Shown one piece after another: positions 62,883 through 64,000 of a stretch of DNA of 64,000 nt. How positions within the stretch are numbered: the first letter of the stretch is position 1; each line of letters begins with the position of its first letter. This stretch comes from Ascidiella aspersa (Eukaryota). The translations under genes and the position numbers were made by a program. The DNA lies in assembly GCA_963924565.1 (NCBI GenBank), contig OZ004608.1:9424001-9488000 (forward strand), written 5' to 3'. The notes below the pieces were generated by a model. It saw only the letters and a program-made list of their open reading frames with translations, was not told where the DNA came from and did not search any database.

Positions 62883-64000
62883 GTTCCTCTGGTGTTTTCT
62901 GGCGAAAGAGTGGCGTTATAGTTTGGCTGGTTTGCAATGCCGGTCCTATATAGGCTACTGCATAAAAGCGCCAAGCTCAATTCTAATTAGGACTGAAAAC
63001 AAAATAGTTATAAAAAACAAGAAAGTAGCCTTTGTGCCCTTTTGTCACTCCTTGGATTTTAAAATAACAGCTCAAAGGCCATTTCCTTCCCTTTTTGTTG
63101 AATCATGGTTCCTTTTAATTAACCACACACAAACTCGCGTAATACTACCCCTTGTTAATCGTTTTACCTGTCAGTTTGTTCGATTTTAAAGTGTATGAGG
63201 TCTCATGTAAAATAATGGCACAGAGGTTATGAGTTAAACTATGAATAAACACAGTTTTACACATTGCATTCCTTCTGCCAAGTTAAAACAGGAAATAGGT
63301 GGCAGTCACAATAGGTAAACCAATATTCGAATTTGATGCCTCTCGCAAAACAAAACGGCAGTAAACCTTGTCAGAAAAGCCCTCTCACTGGAAAGGTAAT
63401 GCGATCGTCGTCTGGCTGAGGTGTTCGCGGCACTTTTACAACCTATTTTTACCGGTGACTCAATGTTGTACTTTCGAGTGGACCCATTTTGTTCAAAGGC
63501 GAGCCCAATGAGGTCATGGAAATAAGCCATTGCGGAACTGATCTCTACAAAAGCGCGCCAAACTGAGTCACAAACGATTAATTTCAAAAAGCAAATGGGG
63601 CCTATTAGGATTTGAACACGGAAAGCGACTGACTACTTATAAAACGCAATTTGGATAATCGCCCGAAACGACCTACATTTCTAGATCGCATTTTGACCGT
63701 GAATTGCCCTGTTTTCTTTCCACTTGATTTCAAGCACCCTTTACACTCTCAATGAAACTAGGAATGTGGTTCGCTAAGTTTATAACCTAAGAAAGTCGAA
63801 CGTAAAACCAACCCACATGTCTTGTTTTTTGTTGCTGTTTGTGAGACATTCATTGCAATTTCGAAGAAACAGCAAAAACACACATACACAACTTGAGGTT
63901 ATAATTACACTTACCAATCTTCTTGTAAGGGTATTCCAAGCTCTCTTGTCGTTGGTGTAATCCTCAAATAATCGCCGCTCTCATGCCCAAGTGCTACAGC

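Noticed and set aside
63916-64000. Upstream coding exon giving the GPCR a signal peptide
   Set aside because: Has a good donor, but splicing to acceptors at 62945 or 62898 gives an out-of-frame product or a junction TGA; more likely a 5' UTR exon, and unresolved at the window edge.

Overview
Eukaryotic (animal) genomic DNA: AT-rich, GT-AG introns, many hAT-type MITEs and one N-gap at 37083-37339. Gene content and compact introns suggest an invertebrate chordate such as a tunicate (inference). Manual exon assembly gives, in order: the 5' end of a fringe glycosyltransferase (-); a CYP2-clan P450 pseudogene (-); TUSC2 (+); ATXN7 (-) head-to-head with THOC7 (+), the same arrangement as in human; a ~1143-aa uncharacterised membrane protein (+, 17 exons); and a GPR37-like GPCR (-) with a 10.6-kb CpG-rich, enhancer-like intron. 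The standout is the 17-exon gene. It has a syndecan-like Ser-Gly/Thr-rich ectodomain built from microexons, a TM helix, about 12 cytoplasmic helical repeats, and a C-terminal stand-alone dynein-type microtubule-binding domain with no motor. It is a candidate direct link between the cell surface or ECM and microtubules. All homology calls are by eye; no searches were run.
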